A stretch of DNA of 64,000 bases from Gordius albopunctatus. Lineage: Eukaryota. Positions 53,161-64,000 of the stretch are shown piece after piece. A program made the translations under genes and the position numbers. The stretch lies in contig OZ193909.1 in assembly GCA_964276515.1 (NCBI GenBank), positions 4,030,001-4,094,000 on the forward strand, given 5' to 3'. Each line of letters opens with the position of its first letter. Within the stretch, counting starts at the first letter, position 1. The notes beneath the pieces were generated by a model. The model saw only the letters and a list, made by a program, of their open reading frames with translations, did not search any database and was not told where the DNA came from.

Positions 53161-56100
53161 TCAAGATATTCCATGCATTACATTTTGACATCGATCCCCA
53201 GCATAGCCATCTAGGCATATGCATTCGCCTTCAATGTTGCAGTCGTTACGTCCGTAGGCGTTAATGCAATTTTTCGGGCATTCTAGATTTATACAAAATT
53301 AGTATAAATACGTAAAATAATGTATATAATATTCGGTAAATCAAAAATATTTAGTTGAGCACTAAACTCATAAGAATCATATAAAATGTTCTTTTAAATT
53401 AAGATAATCTTTGAAGCATACCAGTAGCTTGTGGGAAGAATATCGAGATCATATTTTTAATAATGTATCAAGGTGTTTTAACACTTTTAGAGACACATTG
53501 GTATCAGTGCCAGAAACCTCGCTGTATATTAGTATTGTTATTGTATAAAAGAATGTTACTAATTTCGTTTTTTTCTTAAATGAAAAACTTTTTTATCTGA
53601 AGTATCAATAACAAAATTTACCATTCTAAGAGCATTTGTAATTAATACAGACTTAGAATGGAAGACGTTGAATCTAGCGGAAGCATCCCAACAACATTAC
53701 GTAAAAAGCTCATTTTTTTGGAATAATCTAAAAAGTTATTTCCATATGTTAATAGATTTATAAGGTTCCCCTAGAAATAATTTAAAGACTTTTAAACTTA
53801 TAGGTCAATCAGAAATGGTTGAAAACGCATGTTATTGTCACTTTAATTAAGCTGTGGCGATTTCGATGTATCCAACTGCAGTTAAACTGGTATTTTTATT
53901 GGCATGTACCAAATTGTTTTTTTTTACGAGAAATATATAGATTTTTCCAGATTTATCAAACATATATAAAAGGATTACAGGACTCACTCCAACGTTACTC
54001 TGCTCCTCTGGATATTCCATTTATTCATTACTTTTGCGATCACATCTTATTCTACCAACATCACATTGTTGACATAGCTTTCAACTGCACCTAGCTAGTT
54101 ATCTAATCATCAAACCTGCTAAATTTTTTATCATCCTTACCAACACCCTCGCTTATATTTAATTTCGCTGTTATTTGATTTTTATCATTGCGTGTTTTGG
54201 TTTAATAATAAAAATAAAGGATTTGACAATCTTTACAAAGCCCTAATTTATAAAACATGTTAAACCAGACTTCATGTGTTCATCATTAATACGTATTAAA
54301 ACATAATCATCACTAGTCAAATGTTTTGCCAATCTGTATTATCTAATTTTATAGCAAAACAAGCGAGCTTTATTTATTTATTTTTTATATAAATGACATT
54401 CACCAATACCTTTACTGCAATCGTCGCCATAAAACCCTGTTTTGCAATAACAACGCTTTCTATTGCATTCGCCAGATTTGGGATCGCCTTTATGGCATTT
54501 GCATTCACCAGATTTTGAATCGCGTTCATAATGGCATTTGCATTCGGCAGATTTGGAATTGCGTTCATGGCATTCGCAATCTATTAACGATTCAAAATTA
54601 TTACTCCTTGCATTTAAAATTACAGAAGATGTGCAATTTGGTAAAAAAAATTTTATATTAAATAAAAATATGGCTTTTTATTTATTGAAATTATATGAGA
54701 ATAAATCTATGAAGTAGTCATTTTAAATAGGTAACTATGAGTTTAAGATGTAAAAATGGTAGAATTTAAAAATGAGGAGTAAATTGAATTATATATTTTA
54801 CTACTGAAATCACAATAAAATTCTTCCCCCTAAATAAATATGCTGTAAAATTTAAATCAATGATTGAGAGGTGTACCTAGAGAACTCCTGAAATTACAAC
54901 ACAGAGAGTGTTAAAAAATTCATTTTTTAAATTAACTTATCACTGAAAATGAATTTTTAAGGTAGGATGTTTTGATCATTTATTGCTTTAATCATTGAAA
55001 ATTTGGTATTCAAAAATTTATTATAAAAAAATAAGTTGGTAATAGAGAGTAGTTAAGGTGGAATTTATGATGGGCTAAGTCAGATTTTACTCAAATGGGG
55101 ATGCAAAGAAGATGCTCATGATTAACTGAGATGCATACTGATGATATTTTTAAATTCTAATCCTCATTTGGCTTAATATATAATAATATGTATTAACCAT
55201 GAAATGCATAGCAATTAAAAGAGGGGGGATAGGCACCCCTAGACATGTCCATAATAATAAAATAGTTAAATAACACACGCGATATATATATAGGATAATG
55301 ATTAAACATAATTTCATAACGTCAAGATGGATGAAACTTATTAAAACAAAGACTAAATCTTATATATAAAAATTATATATATATATATATATATATACTT
55401 GAACTGCAGTTGCTTCCATATTTGCCGATTGGGCATTCGCATTTGCCTTCCCAAGAGCATTTGTTTCCATTTTTCATATGCTTACAACTACAAACTAACA
55501 AATACATTAGAGGTGAATTTAAGATATGATTATTGAATTTTTCAATTTTGATATAATTTAATAAGGGGACCCAGACCTTTTAAGTCATTTATTCTTATCT
55601 TAAACTTTAAATCTAGAAACTACAAATTTTTCATAAAAAAATTGATGAAAAAGTCATTATATCTATTGAAGGAAATTTTGTTAAATTTCCAAACTGTAAG
55701 CTCCTAAAATGTCGGAGTTAAAATAAAAAATATTATAAACATGTGAAAATCATTCGAAATAATAATCGATAATCACATACATCTCAACCTGATGGTTTCC
55801 AATTTTCAAATATAATCTAATTTTTAGTTTAGATTAATCTTAGAATGATTATTAGCCAGCTATATAAGATACTGTGACGGGTAATATTAACAATGTTGTT
55901 ATATTATATTCGTCCCTGGTAAAATGTAATAACAAAAAACGGAATTAATCATTAAATTTGAGAATTTGATAAAGTCAGAAATTTTAGAATATATATATAT
56001 ATTTTTTTCTATGATTTAGTTATAGCTAAAAAAGATTTTTAAATATAAAATTGTAATAAGGTTTCATATTTTAAATAACCTTGATTACTGCCTTCTAATT

Positions 56101-59100
56101 TTAAGATCGACTTTCTTTAAACCTCTTTTAACTCCTTATAGCATCTAGTTGCTTTGTTTTAAATGGATAGGAAGTGCGATAATTTTTAATGTTAAATTTA
56201 TTAATATCTTGATTAGAGTCATAAATATATCTATCTTCAATACCCAAATATAAATCAATATAAGTTTTGAAATATTAACAGTGACTTGAATTTCTTACGT
56301 AAGTTATATATAAATTTTTAACTCACTTATAAATAATGTCATTTAATTATTATTTGCAATATTCTTCTTAAAACACCGCAAAAGTAAGATATTGATATCA
56401 CTTATATTTCAATAGTTTCTATTTAAAACTCAAATAACTCATTATGAACGAGTTGCACCAATTTCTATGGTGTTGTGACCTTTGTACACCTTCACAGTTA
56501 TCACGAACAAGCCAAATTTATCTCAAAATTTTATGAAACAAATTAACGACTTTATTAACCCTCGAGAGCACTCCTGAAAATCACGAACGCGAGAGCATTC
56601 GTGGGGTATATTTGACCCCATTTTTTAACTTCTTATAACTTTTTAAGTATTTTTTTAAACCTTTCAAATTTTGAAAATGTGTTCATAAAGGTCTTAAGAT
56701 TGATGGTATAAATTTTGATATGAATCTAATCAACATTACAAAACTTATTAACGATTTTCTTGACCCCCATTTTTATTTTGACTATTTTAGAGTTTTACCT
56801 CTTGACATCATATACCTTAAAATAAATCAAAATAAACGTGATTTTTTATTAAAAGAATGTCCAAAATATATTAAAAACACAAATTGTAAAAGATATCATC
56901 AAACAAAAAAAAATACATACATTTTTTCCAATAGAAAAAAACTTACGTGAGAGCATTCGTGGGGTACACAGTTTAAAAAGTAGTGGGCCAAAAGTTATGA
57001 AATTTTCCTAAAACTTAGTTCTTGGTAAAATATTAGGCTACTGAAAAGGCCAGATCAATTCGTTTTTAAATGCGTTTTATATTTGTGTTTATAACTATCG
57101 TGGGGTCCGTGGGACCCCACGAATGCTCTCGAGGGTTAATAGAGAATAATGTACCCGATTCACACAAACGACCATAAAATCCATCTTTGCAAACGCAGTA
57201 TCCATTATGAGTCCACAGTGTTTGACTCCGAACGCACTCTGTAATTGCCCCAAAAATACATTTCATTTTTATTTTTTCAAATCGTTGGTTTATGCCATAG
57301 TAAATAGGTTTAGAAGTTACTTACTTTCGTTGCAGAGTTGCCCAACAACGTAATCCTGACAAATGCACATTCCGATTGGATTCACCTTTTTAGATGGACA
57401 TTTACTCACTAAATAAACAATGAAGTTTGTTGCATATGAGTCTAGCTCAGAATTTTATTATTATTACTATTATATAGAGAGCGTAGTAATAATGTCTTTC
57501 ATATAGATAAATTTTAACGGTATTTTAATTAAATATGAACTAATTAATCTTAACCCCCTGCATTGAATTGGTTTTCTATTCATACATGTGTTTCCTTGAT
57601 TTATACAACATAGATGATTATCAAAATGTTTTAATTGTGGCATTTAAAAGCAAGTTAAGTCAGCTGCTTTTTACTTTAAATCTCTCATCTGATTAGATGT
57701 TGATCCTATATGATATAAAAATTTAGTTTGGGTGAAGGTCATATACAAATAAATTAGGTTTTGTTGCAAAGTCCATATTTTGGTAAATGTAAAATAAATC
57801 ATCCCTGACGCATATGTACAACTTATGAAAAATATGTATCAAACTTCAACGTGCGTTAGGACGACAGTTGGAGACTCTCAACCTTTTTAGGTTAAAATTG
57901 GATTACAAGAATGATCTGCTTTAAATCGTTTTTTATTCAATATAATTGTGGATGATAACTAGAGACATTTATAAGCCATCTGCTGTATGCTATATGCCGA
58001 TGATATATTACTATGCGAAGGGACAAAGGAGAAAGTATTCTAAGAAGCCAAAAAATGGTCAAAGCGCTCAGCGGAATATGGTTTAAAGGTCAAAAATATA
58101 AAAACGGTGTACATGGAGATAAAGGTTATAGACACCACATCATTAGATGATTATATGAAGTACCCAAAAGTAGATAGGTTTGCATACCTTGACTCGATGC
58201 AACATTAGGAGAGAGATTACGCAACACACGTAAATGCCCGGATTCAAAAAAGATGGCTTAAATGGCGAAGTCTATCACGTGTAATGTGCGACAAGAAAAT
58301 TCCACTATGGTTGAAGAACAAAGCTTACAAATCCATCGTAAGATTGGGGTTACTTTACAGAGGCACTATACGTCACGGAAGAAAAGTTGGTGCAGGCCAT
58401 GGAGAAGAGAGTCATATGGTGGAGCCTTGGGTATACTAAGCTCGACCATATGTTTCTCAGGACGAAAATGGATATTCAACTTATGACGGACTTAACGAAA
58501 AAAGATGGGCACATACTAAGAAGGAAGACGAGTGATGTATTCGAAAAGTACTGTATATGGGGGTATCGTGGAAAGGAGGAGGAGGACGCTCTTGTCTCAT
58601 TGCAAGGACAAGTGGACAAAGTTATGAATAATAAGAATATTAACCAAGACATGGCCCTTACCAATTCAAGATAAAAGAAAACTGTCAAAACAAACCCGAC
58701 GACAGTGAGATCAAATACTTGATAAAGAAGAAGAAAATTTTCTTAATTCTAAATTAATTTTTTGATAGCCAAATCATAAATAACATAACTGATAAATTGG
58801 AAATGAATATATTATGTGTCATAATTATTATAACCGTTTTGGCAATAGCCTCCGGAATAGTTATCATGGCATATGCACCAACCATAAAAATCACATTCAC
58901 CAAATGAGCCTTTCAAGTTACACGAACAATCTATTAATAAGCATGTGAAATATGCGTAAACAAAAGAATATATGTTTTTATAAATGTGTTTTATTGAAAG
59001 TATTTAACATTTTTTAACTGTCTATTTTATCAAAGTTATTATTAACGTTAAATTTTAGTTAATTTATATAGTATTAAGATTATGAGGCATTATTTAGTGG

Positions 59101-59677
59101 AACTAGATTTGTAGTTTTAGGCTGTGAAGTGGGCTAATTTTCGAAACGTTTTAATATTATTTACTAACTAATGAAAGCCTTTTACTACTTCTAAATTTTT
59201 TAATTCAAAAAAGTTTATTTTAATCCTTTCTGATTTGTTTAAAAAGAATTGATTGTTTGATTCTGTTCTACAAACCTTAACCAACGAATATAGTTTAAAT
59301 ATCCAAATGAAAAACGATATTTGATTTTTCATATTGAGTTAGGTTCTAATCGAAATGTTATGACTTTTTTTAAACTTTTTCATTGATACTTTTAAAGGTG
59401 TTATTTTACTTTGTGAGCAATCAATTCCATAACTTCCTATAGGACACGCATTGAAATTGTCATTAAATTCTTCGTACGTTAGCGCAAAGTTGACTTTATA
59501 TAGAACTAAATTTTAAAAAATTTTGGAATTTTAACAAAATATCAAAATATTGAATAGGTAATTTTTAATAATTTCCAATGATTTAAATCGATATAATTAT
59601 ATTTAATATAAGTCAAATATATATTAAAGCTTACTCCTTAATATGAATAATGAATATTTATGCATAAAATTTTGCAT
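53161..59677 (-). CDS. Multi-EGF-like protein, complete terminal copy 4 (exons 59635-59677, 59410-59505, 58835-58930, 57325-57408, 57155-57238, 55399-55494, 54410-54580, 53161-53282)
   Basis: Same structure and open frame. Exon 1 differs (MQNFMHKYSLFILRI) and exon 3 ends CQN. Confidence 0.85.
56559..57135. mobile_element. piggyBac-like MITE (copy 4, longer form)
   Basis: TTAA flanks; about 21 extra subterminal bases near 57090-57110 that include another CGTGGGGT motif. Confidence 0.9.
57818..58736 (+). mobile_element. RTE LINE fragment (copy 4)
   Basis: Copy of 3340-4258. Confidence 0.8.
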
Positions 59678-59711
59678 TATGACTTTAATTTGTATAATTT
59701 TCAAATAATAT

Positions 59712-60128
59712 CTCAACGAATTAATTGTTATTATATATATTTATACTTCAGCTCGTTTTACTCAACTAATTAATTGTTACTATTAATATTTGTACTTTAG
59801 CTCGTTTTACTCAACTAATTAATTGTTATTATTAATATTTGTACTTTAGCTCGTTTTACTCAACTAATAAATTGTTATTATTAATATTTGTACTTCAGCT
59901 CGTTTTACTCAACTAATTAATTGTTATTATTAATATTTGTACTTTATCTCGTTTTACTCAACTAATTAATTATTATTATTAATATTTGTACTTTAGCTCG
60001 TTTTACTCAAGTAATTAATTTTTATTATTAATATTTGTATTTCAGCTCGTTTTACTCAACTAATTAATTGTTATTATTAATATTTGTACTTCAGCTCGTT
60101 TTACTCAACTAATTAATTGTTATTATTA
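59712..60128. repeat. 49-bp minisatellite at the array end
   Basis: Same consensus with its own variant pattern; followed by sequence unrelated to the unit. Confidence 0.97.
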
Positions 60129-60392
60129 AAAGAAGGGACTTGAATTATACTGATTGAAAAAGCATTTAATTTAAAGTTTTAATTAAAATGTTGATTTGAA
60201 ATAAAAAGCAGTTTAATTTATTAAGGCTTATTAATTTGAACTTTAACAAGTTATTATTAACCAAGTTAGCTATTAAATAAAAATATATAAGTGCGTTAGA
60301 TGAAGGAATATGTAAGAATCTAGAAGAGTCAAATTAAGTTATAATTAATAAGATGTTAATGGAAAGGTGTATTTGAGTTACTTTATTAATTA

Positions 60393-60981
60393 ATTCTTCT
60401 TTCTATGACTGCTTGTCACCTAGGCTGGTGGTCAGTCCTTTCAGCATTCGTTTCCATTTGCTTCTATGTTTACATAGATCTTTCTTTATCTTGTGGACTT
60501 TCATATCATGCCGTATTTTATGAATCCAGGTTAGCTTGGGTCTTCCTCTTCTTCGTTTTTCTGTGTAATTTACAATCTCGATTTTCTTTCCTACGTAGCT
60601 ATCGTCTCTTCTTTCTACATGGCCATACCATCTTAGTCTATTTGTTAGGAGCTTTGTCACAATTGATGTAGTACCCAAAATTCTTCTTATTTCTTCATTT
60701 CGCCTATGGTCCTTTTTTCTTACTCCTAGCACCCATCTTAGCATTCTCATCTCCATGGCTGCAAGACGTTGCTCTTCTCTTTTACGTATAGCCAATGATT
60801 CCGAGCTATACAGGACTGTTGGCTGTATGATGGATTTATACAGTGCGCCTTTTAGTTATCTCGGGATGTTTTTGTCACACAGAACACCTGTCAGCTCCCT
60901 CCACTTGTGCCATCCGGAATTTATCCTTGCTTGGATTTCTTTATCCATTTCACCATCCGATTGAAGTTTTGATCCTAAATA
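60393..60981 (-). mobile_element. 3' portion of an RTE-clade LINE
   Basis: YLGSKLQSDGEMDKEIQARINSGWHKWRELTGVLCD...EMRMLRWVLG...RLRWYGHVERR...RRRGRPKLTW, followed by a GAA-rich tail. Confidence 0.9.
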
Positions 60982-63900
60982 TTTTTTTAATTGACATGCT
61001 TTATTAAATAAAAAGTATTAAATATTGAGTGGAATTAATAAAAAGATACAGGAACGAAAACATTTATATAAAAAAATGATTAAAACTCAATATCCGTTTC
61101 TTCATCTTTGATAATGGGCATTGAATCCATCAAAGAATAAAAATTAGATTTAGCGATCGCGATGGCAATTGATTGTCGTAGTAAAAAACTATTCGATATT
61201 TTACAAGGGGGCGAGCGTTTATTGAGTTCTTTAAAAAAATTAATGCGCTCTTCCCAAATTTCCCTGAGCACGATGAGACGATAGGAATAAAAATCGAGGT
61301 TTGGGATAAAGCTGAATATTTTAAGGATTTCCGATGCTCTGCCGATCCAAGGGGGTCGTGAGTATCGTTGGAGGAAGCAAATAGGTCATACAGGTGTAGT
61401 CCCATTTTAGGAAAAGGCCTTTGTCTCATGGGATAAGTGACGAACCGTCCGGACGCATCCGCTCTTCGAGAGAGGGATCTTAAAGTTCAAGGATCGAAGG
61501 AACATTTGAAGCAGTGTATTTATTTTTTGGTGCCTACCATACCGGCTTTTGTTAAATTTACAATGCAGAGGGTGACGTGCTTCCTCATCTACAAGTGAAT
61601 TACAAAGCCGGCAGGGGTATGAGGACGTGTATTTACAGCCCAAGCGGAGGGCTATATTGTAGGACAGGGTAGGATTCTCCAAAAACATACCCGAAAACTT
61701 ACTAGGGTAAGCTTCAAGCCATTCATGTCCGGATTGGTCGAAAGCCAATGACCTAAGGTTGCAATACTGTTTGGCATCGCATGTCGAGAGAAGGTAAGCA
61801 ACGGACCGCGACACCAAGCTTGCATCCAAATCTTTTTGAGCGTATGATTGTGGTATATTAGCTCCTACATTGACGTTCTCATTCCATAAGGATAGGGCTT
61901 GATTTATGGAGGGATTAAGTGGGAATGGGACAAGGTCGTTGATATGATGTTTAAAAGATAGAGAGGAAGAAATGAAGGCGGCTAGGGAAATCGCAGATGG
62001 TGAGCGAATACCAAGGCCACCGGATTTTGTGGGAAGTGTGGCTTGAAGCCAAGTATTGGTGTTAAAGGAAATATTTAAAATTGATTCAAGAGTGGATTTA
62101 AAAAAGTTTTCATAGTCGTGTAAAACTTCTTTAAATAAAAAAGCTTGCGTGGAGCGGAAGCAGAATAAAATTTTGCTAATGTTGTAATAATTTTTTATAA
62201 TATAAAAAGAATGATGAGATGGCATAGATTTAAAAATGTCTAATTTGGTTTTTAAAGAAGAGAGATTTTTGTCTAAAAAATTTTTAAGGCACTGGGGTCC
62301 CCCGATAGGTGCGCCTAAAACATACAAATTGTCTTTTTTAATTTTGGCAAAGTCAAAAAAATTTGGGTGAATATTATCCAAGTCAGAATATATTTCACTT
62401 TTAGAGGCGTTTAAACATAAGTTTAGAGTTGGGAAAAAAGCATGTATTACATCTAGTGCTTGGGCTAGGTTGTCAGGGGTTCCAACAAGAGTGGCGTCAT
62501 CAAGATACCAGACATTAAGAGTAAGTTTACAGTGTTTGTTAATTTCGTTAATTAGGTGATTTATGGCCAAGCAGAATAAAGGGGGGCCTAGAGGATCGCC
62601 TTGTTGGATCCCTTCTGCGGATTCGAGGAAGAATTCTCCAAATTTCAAAATCGAAGGGCATCCATAACTTAAAATGATGTAGTTGGTGTAGTGGGGAAAC
62701 AGTTTGATAAATTCATTAATGAAAGCAGTGCGGCGAATGCTGTTGAAAGCATTTTTAAAATCCAATTTTAGAAAGGAGTCACCCGGTGGGAGGTGTTCCA
62801 GGGCTAAGCGTGCGGCATGGGTAGCTATCTCACACCCTCTTTTGACCCCAAAGCCTAGTTGATGCGGAATTAAAATTGGGATCAATATTGGTTTGATCGC
62901 CGAGCAAATTAATTTAGAAATAATTCTTCGAAAAACACCGCAGATAGCGATAGGCCTGGCTGAATTGTCGGCCTTCCTAATAGCTAAAAGCTTAGCTCCA
63001 AAGACTATGGGCGTTATTTCTTTAGGTATACTCCCATTGACTAAAAGGTTACAAAATTCGGTGAATAAGTCTAATAAGTTCGAGGAGTTATTATTATCAA
63101 GTGTTATAAGATCTTTTAAAAAAATTGGTTTTATGCCGTCGAGACCACTTGCAGAATCCATGGGAAAGGATAAGATGGCATCTCGAATTTCTGGTGACTT
63201 AAAAGCAATATCTGAAGGTTGCGAGGGCGATAGGTAAGTAGACGATAGACTCTGGGGGTGTTTGAGAACTATTTCTTCGTATGATTTTTGTGAAGGACTC
63301 AAAAATGAATTGTCTTCCTCAAGAAATCTGATTGCACCTTTTATGTTGAAAGCGTGGATTTTTCTAGAGATCATATTCGCTTTTTGTTTGGGGGTTAATA
63401 TGTGGGATTCCTTTCTCTCAATGTTATATGCTGGAGGGCTGTTTTGACTGTCGAACTTTAAAACTGATTGTTTAATATTATGAGTGATATTTGCTTCTTT
63501 GTCTTGAGGAATGGATAAAATGTAAAAAGAGAATTTAAATAGTTTCTCCCAATAGGAAAAGTTCTGAGGGAGGGAAATAATATTGTTAAGTAAGTTTATT
63601 AAAAACTGTTGCATGCACGCCCGGGCCCCCCTTGGAATTCTGGATATGGTTGGTGGGAATGTTTGAGATAAAAAGGCTGTACTCCATGTCATGTCATTTT
63701 TTTCATTCGTGGTATAGTAGGTTTGATGAGGTATTAGATTATGAATATCAGTACCAGAGGGACTGAGAATAATGTTATCTTCCAATATTAAGGTTAATGG
63801 TGGACATGTAGTGTTTCGGGGAGCGAGCTTCCCCGAGGAGGGGCATTTATTGGTGACAGGGCCATGTTGTAAAAAACAATTCTTTTTGTTTAATGAGATA

Positions 63901-64000
63901 TTTCTATGACACAAGGGGCATAGGGCTTTTAAAAGGACCATTTAATATGTATATGAATTTTATCAGACAAAGAAAAGAATTTATTCATGTCAAAACTGAT
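60982..64000 (-). mobile_element. Nearly full-length CRE-clade non-LTR retrotransposon (family A) abutting the RTE fragment
   Basis: 5'UTR reaches the window edge. A single ORF is followed by a disrupted endonuclease region (stop at 61080), a 3'UTR with AATAAA and an A7 tail at 60982-60988. Confidence 0.9.
61407..63941 (-). CDS. Retrotransposon protein: N-terminal zinc finger, reverse transcriptase, CCHC zinc knuckle; endonuclease out of frame
   Basis: CPLC...H...C; KLDFKNAFN, GIQQGDPLGPPLF, WYLDD, QATLPTKSGGLG; CRLC...HPLHC and RHQ. The RMRPDG...KWDYTC...KSLKY motifs are present only after frameshifts and a TGA. Confidence 0.92.
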   Translation of the reverse strand: MVLLKALCPLCHRNISLNKKNCFLQHGPVTNKCPSSGKLAPRNTTCPPLTLILEDNIILSPSGTDIHNLIPHQTYYTTNEKNDMTWSTAFLSQTFPPTISRIPRGARACMQQFLINLLNNIISLPQNFSYWEKLFKFSFYILSIPQDKEANITHNIKQSVLKFDSQNSPPAYNIERKESHILTPKQKANMISRKIHAFNIKGAIRFLEEDNSFLSPSQKSYEEIVLKHPQSLSSTYLSPSQPSDIAFKSPEIRDAILSFPMDSASGLDGIKPIFLKDLITLDNNNSSNLLDLFTEFCNLLVNGSIPKEITPIVFGAKLLAIRKADNSARPIAICGVFRRIISKLICSAIKPILIPILIPHQLGFGVKRGCEIATHAARLALEHLPPGDSFLKLDFKNAFNSIRRTAFINEFIKLFPHYTNYIILSYGCPSILKFGEFFLESAEGIQQGDPLGPPLFCLAINHLINEINKHCKLTLNVWYLDDATLVGTPDNLAQALDVIHAFFPTLNLCLNASKSEIYSDLDNIHPNFFDFAKIKKDNLYVLGAPIGGPQCLKNFLDKNLSSLKTKLDIFKSMPSHHSFYIIKNYYNISKILFCFRSTQAFLFKEVLHDYENFFKSTLESILNISFNTNTWLQATLPTKSGGLGIRSPSAISLAAFISSSLSFKHHINDLVPFPLNPSINQALSLWNENVNVGANIPQSYAQKDLDASLVSRSVAYLLSTCDAKQYCNLRSLAFDQSGHEWLEAYPSKFSGMFLENPTLSYNIALRLGCKYTSSYPCRLCNSLVDEEARHPLHCKFNKSRYGRHQKINTLLQMFLRSLNFKIPLSKSGCVRTVRHLSHETKAFS

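Larger units (their letters stand above)
1..60128. repeat. Tandem segmental duplication array, ~18.7 kb unit (partial 1-5690; units ~5691-24386, ~24387-41439 containing the gap, ~41440-60128)
   Basis: The same ORFs recur at 2264/20960/38013/56720, 8576/27272/44318 and 11693/30389/47435. Offset is 18,696 bp for the first pair and 18,707 bp for the last pair. Homology ends after the minisatellite at ~60128. Confidence 0.98.

Overview
AT-rich eukaryotic (invertebrate-like) genomic DNA with GT-AG introns. Bases 1-60128 are a near-identical head-to-tail tandem array of an ~18.7 kb unit (period 18,696 bp between the first two copies), broken by a 200-N assembly gap at 35174-35373, so the true copy number is unknown. 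Each unit holds (i) an intact 8-exon minus-strand gene, largely missed by the ORF track, for a ~263-aa secreted multi-EGF-like cysteine-rich protein with a 49-bp minisatellite just upstream of its ATG, (ii) a plus-strand serpin pseudogene (predicted P1 Arg), and (iii) nested transposon debris: Helitron Rep/helicase, three CRE-clade non-LTR fragments, an RTE LINE, a piggyBac MITE, a TA-flanked MITE, a foldback MITE and LTR-like repeats. The array ends in the EGF gene's exon 1/minisatellite region, where the terminal copy diverges abruptly. This suggests unequal crossover between paralogs. Beyond it lie an RTE 3' fragment and a nearly full-length CRE-clade retrotransposon (844-aa ORF, disrupted endonuclease). 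All gene models and comparisons were read by eye; no searches were run.
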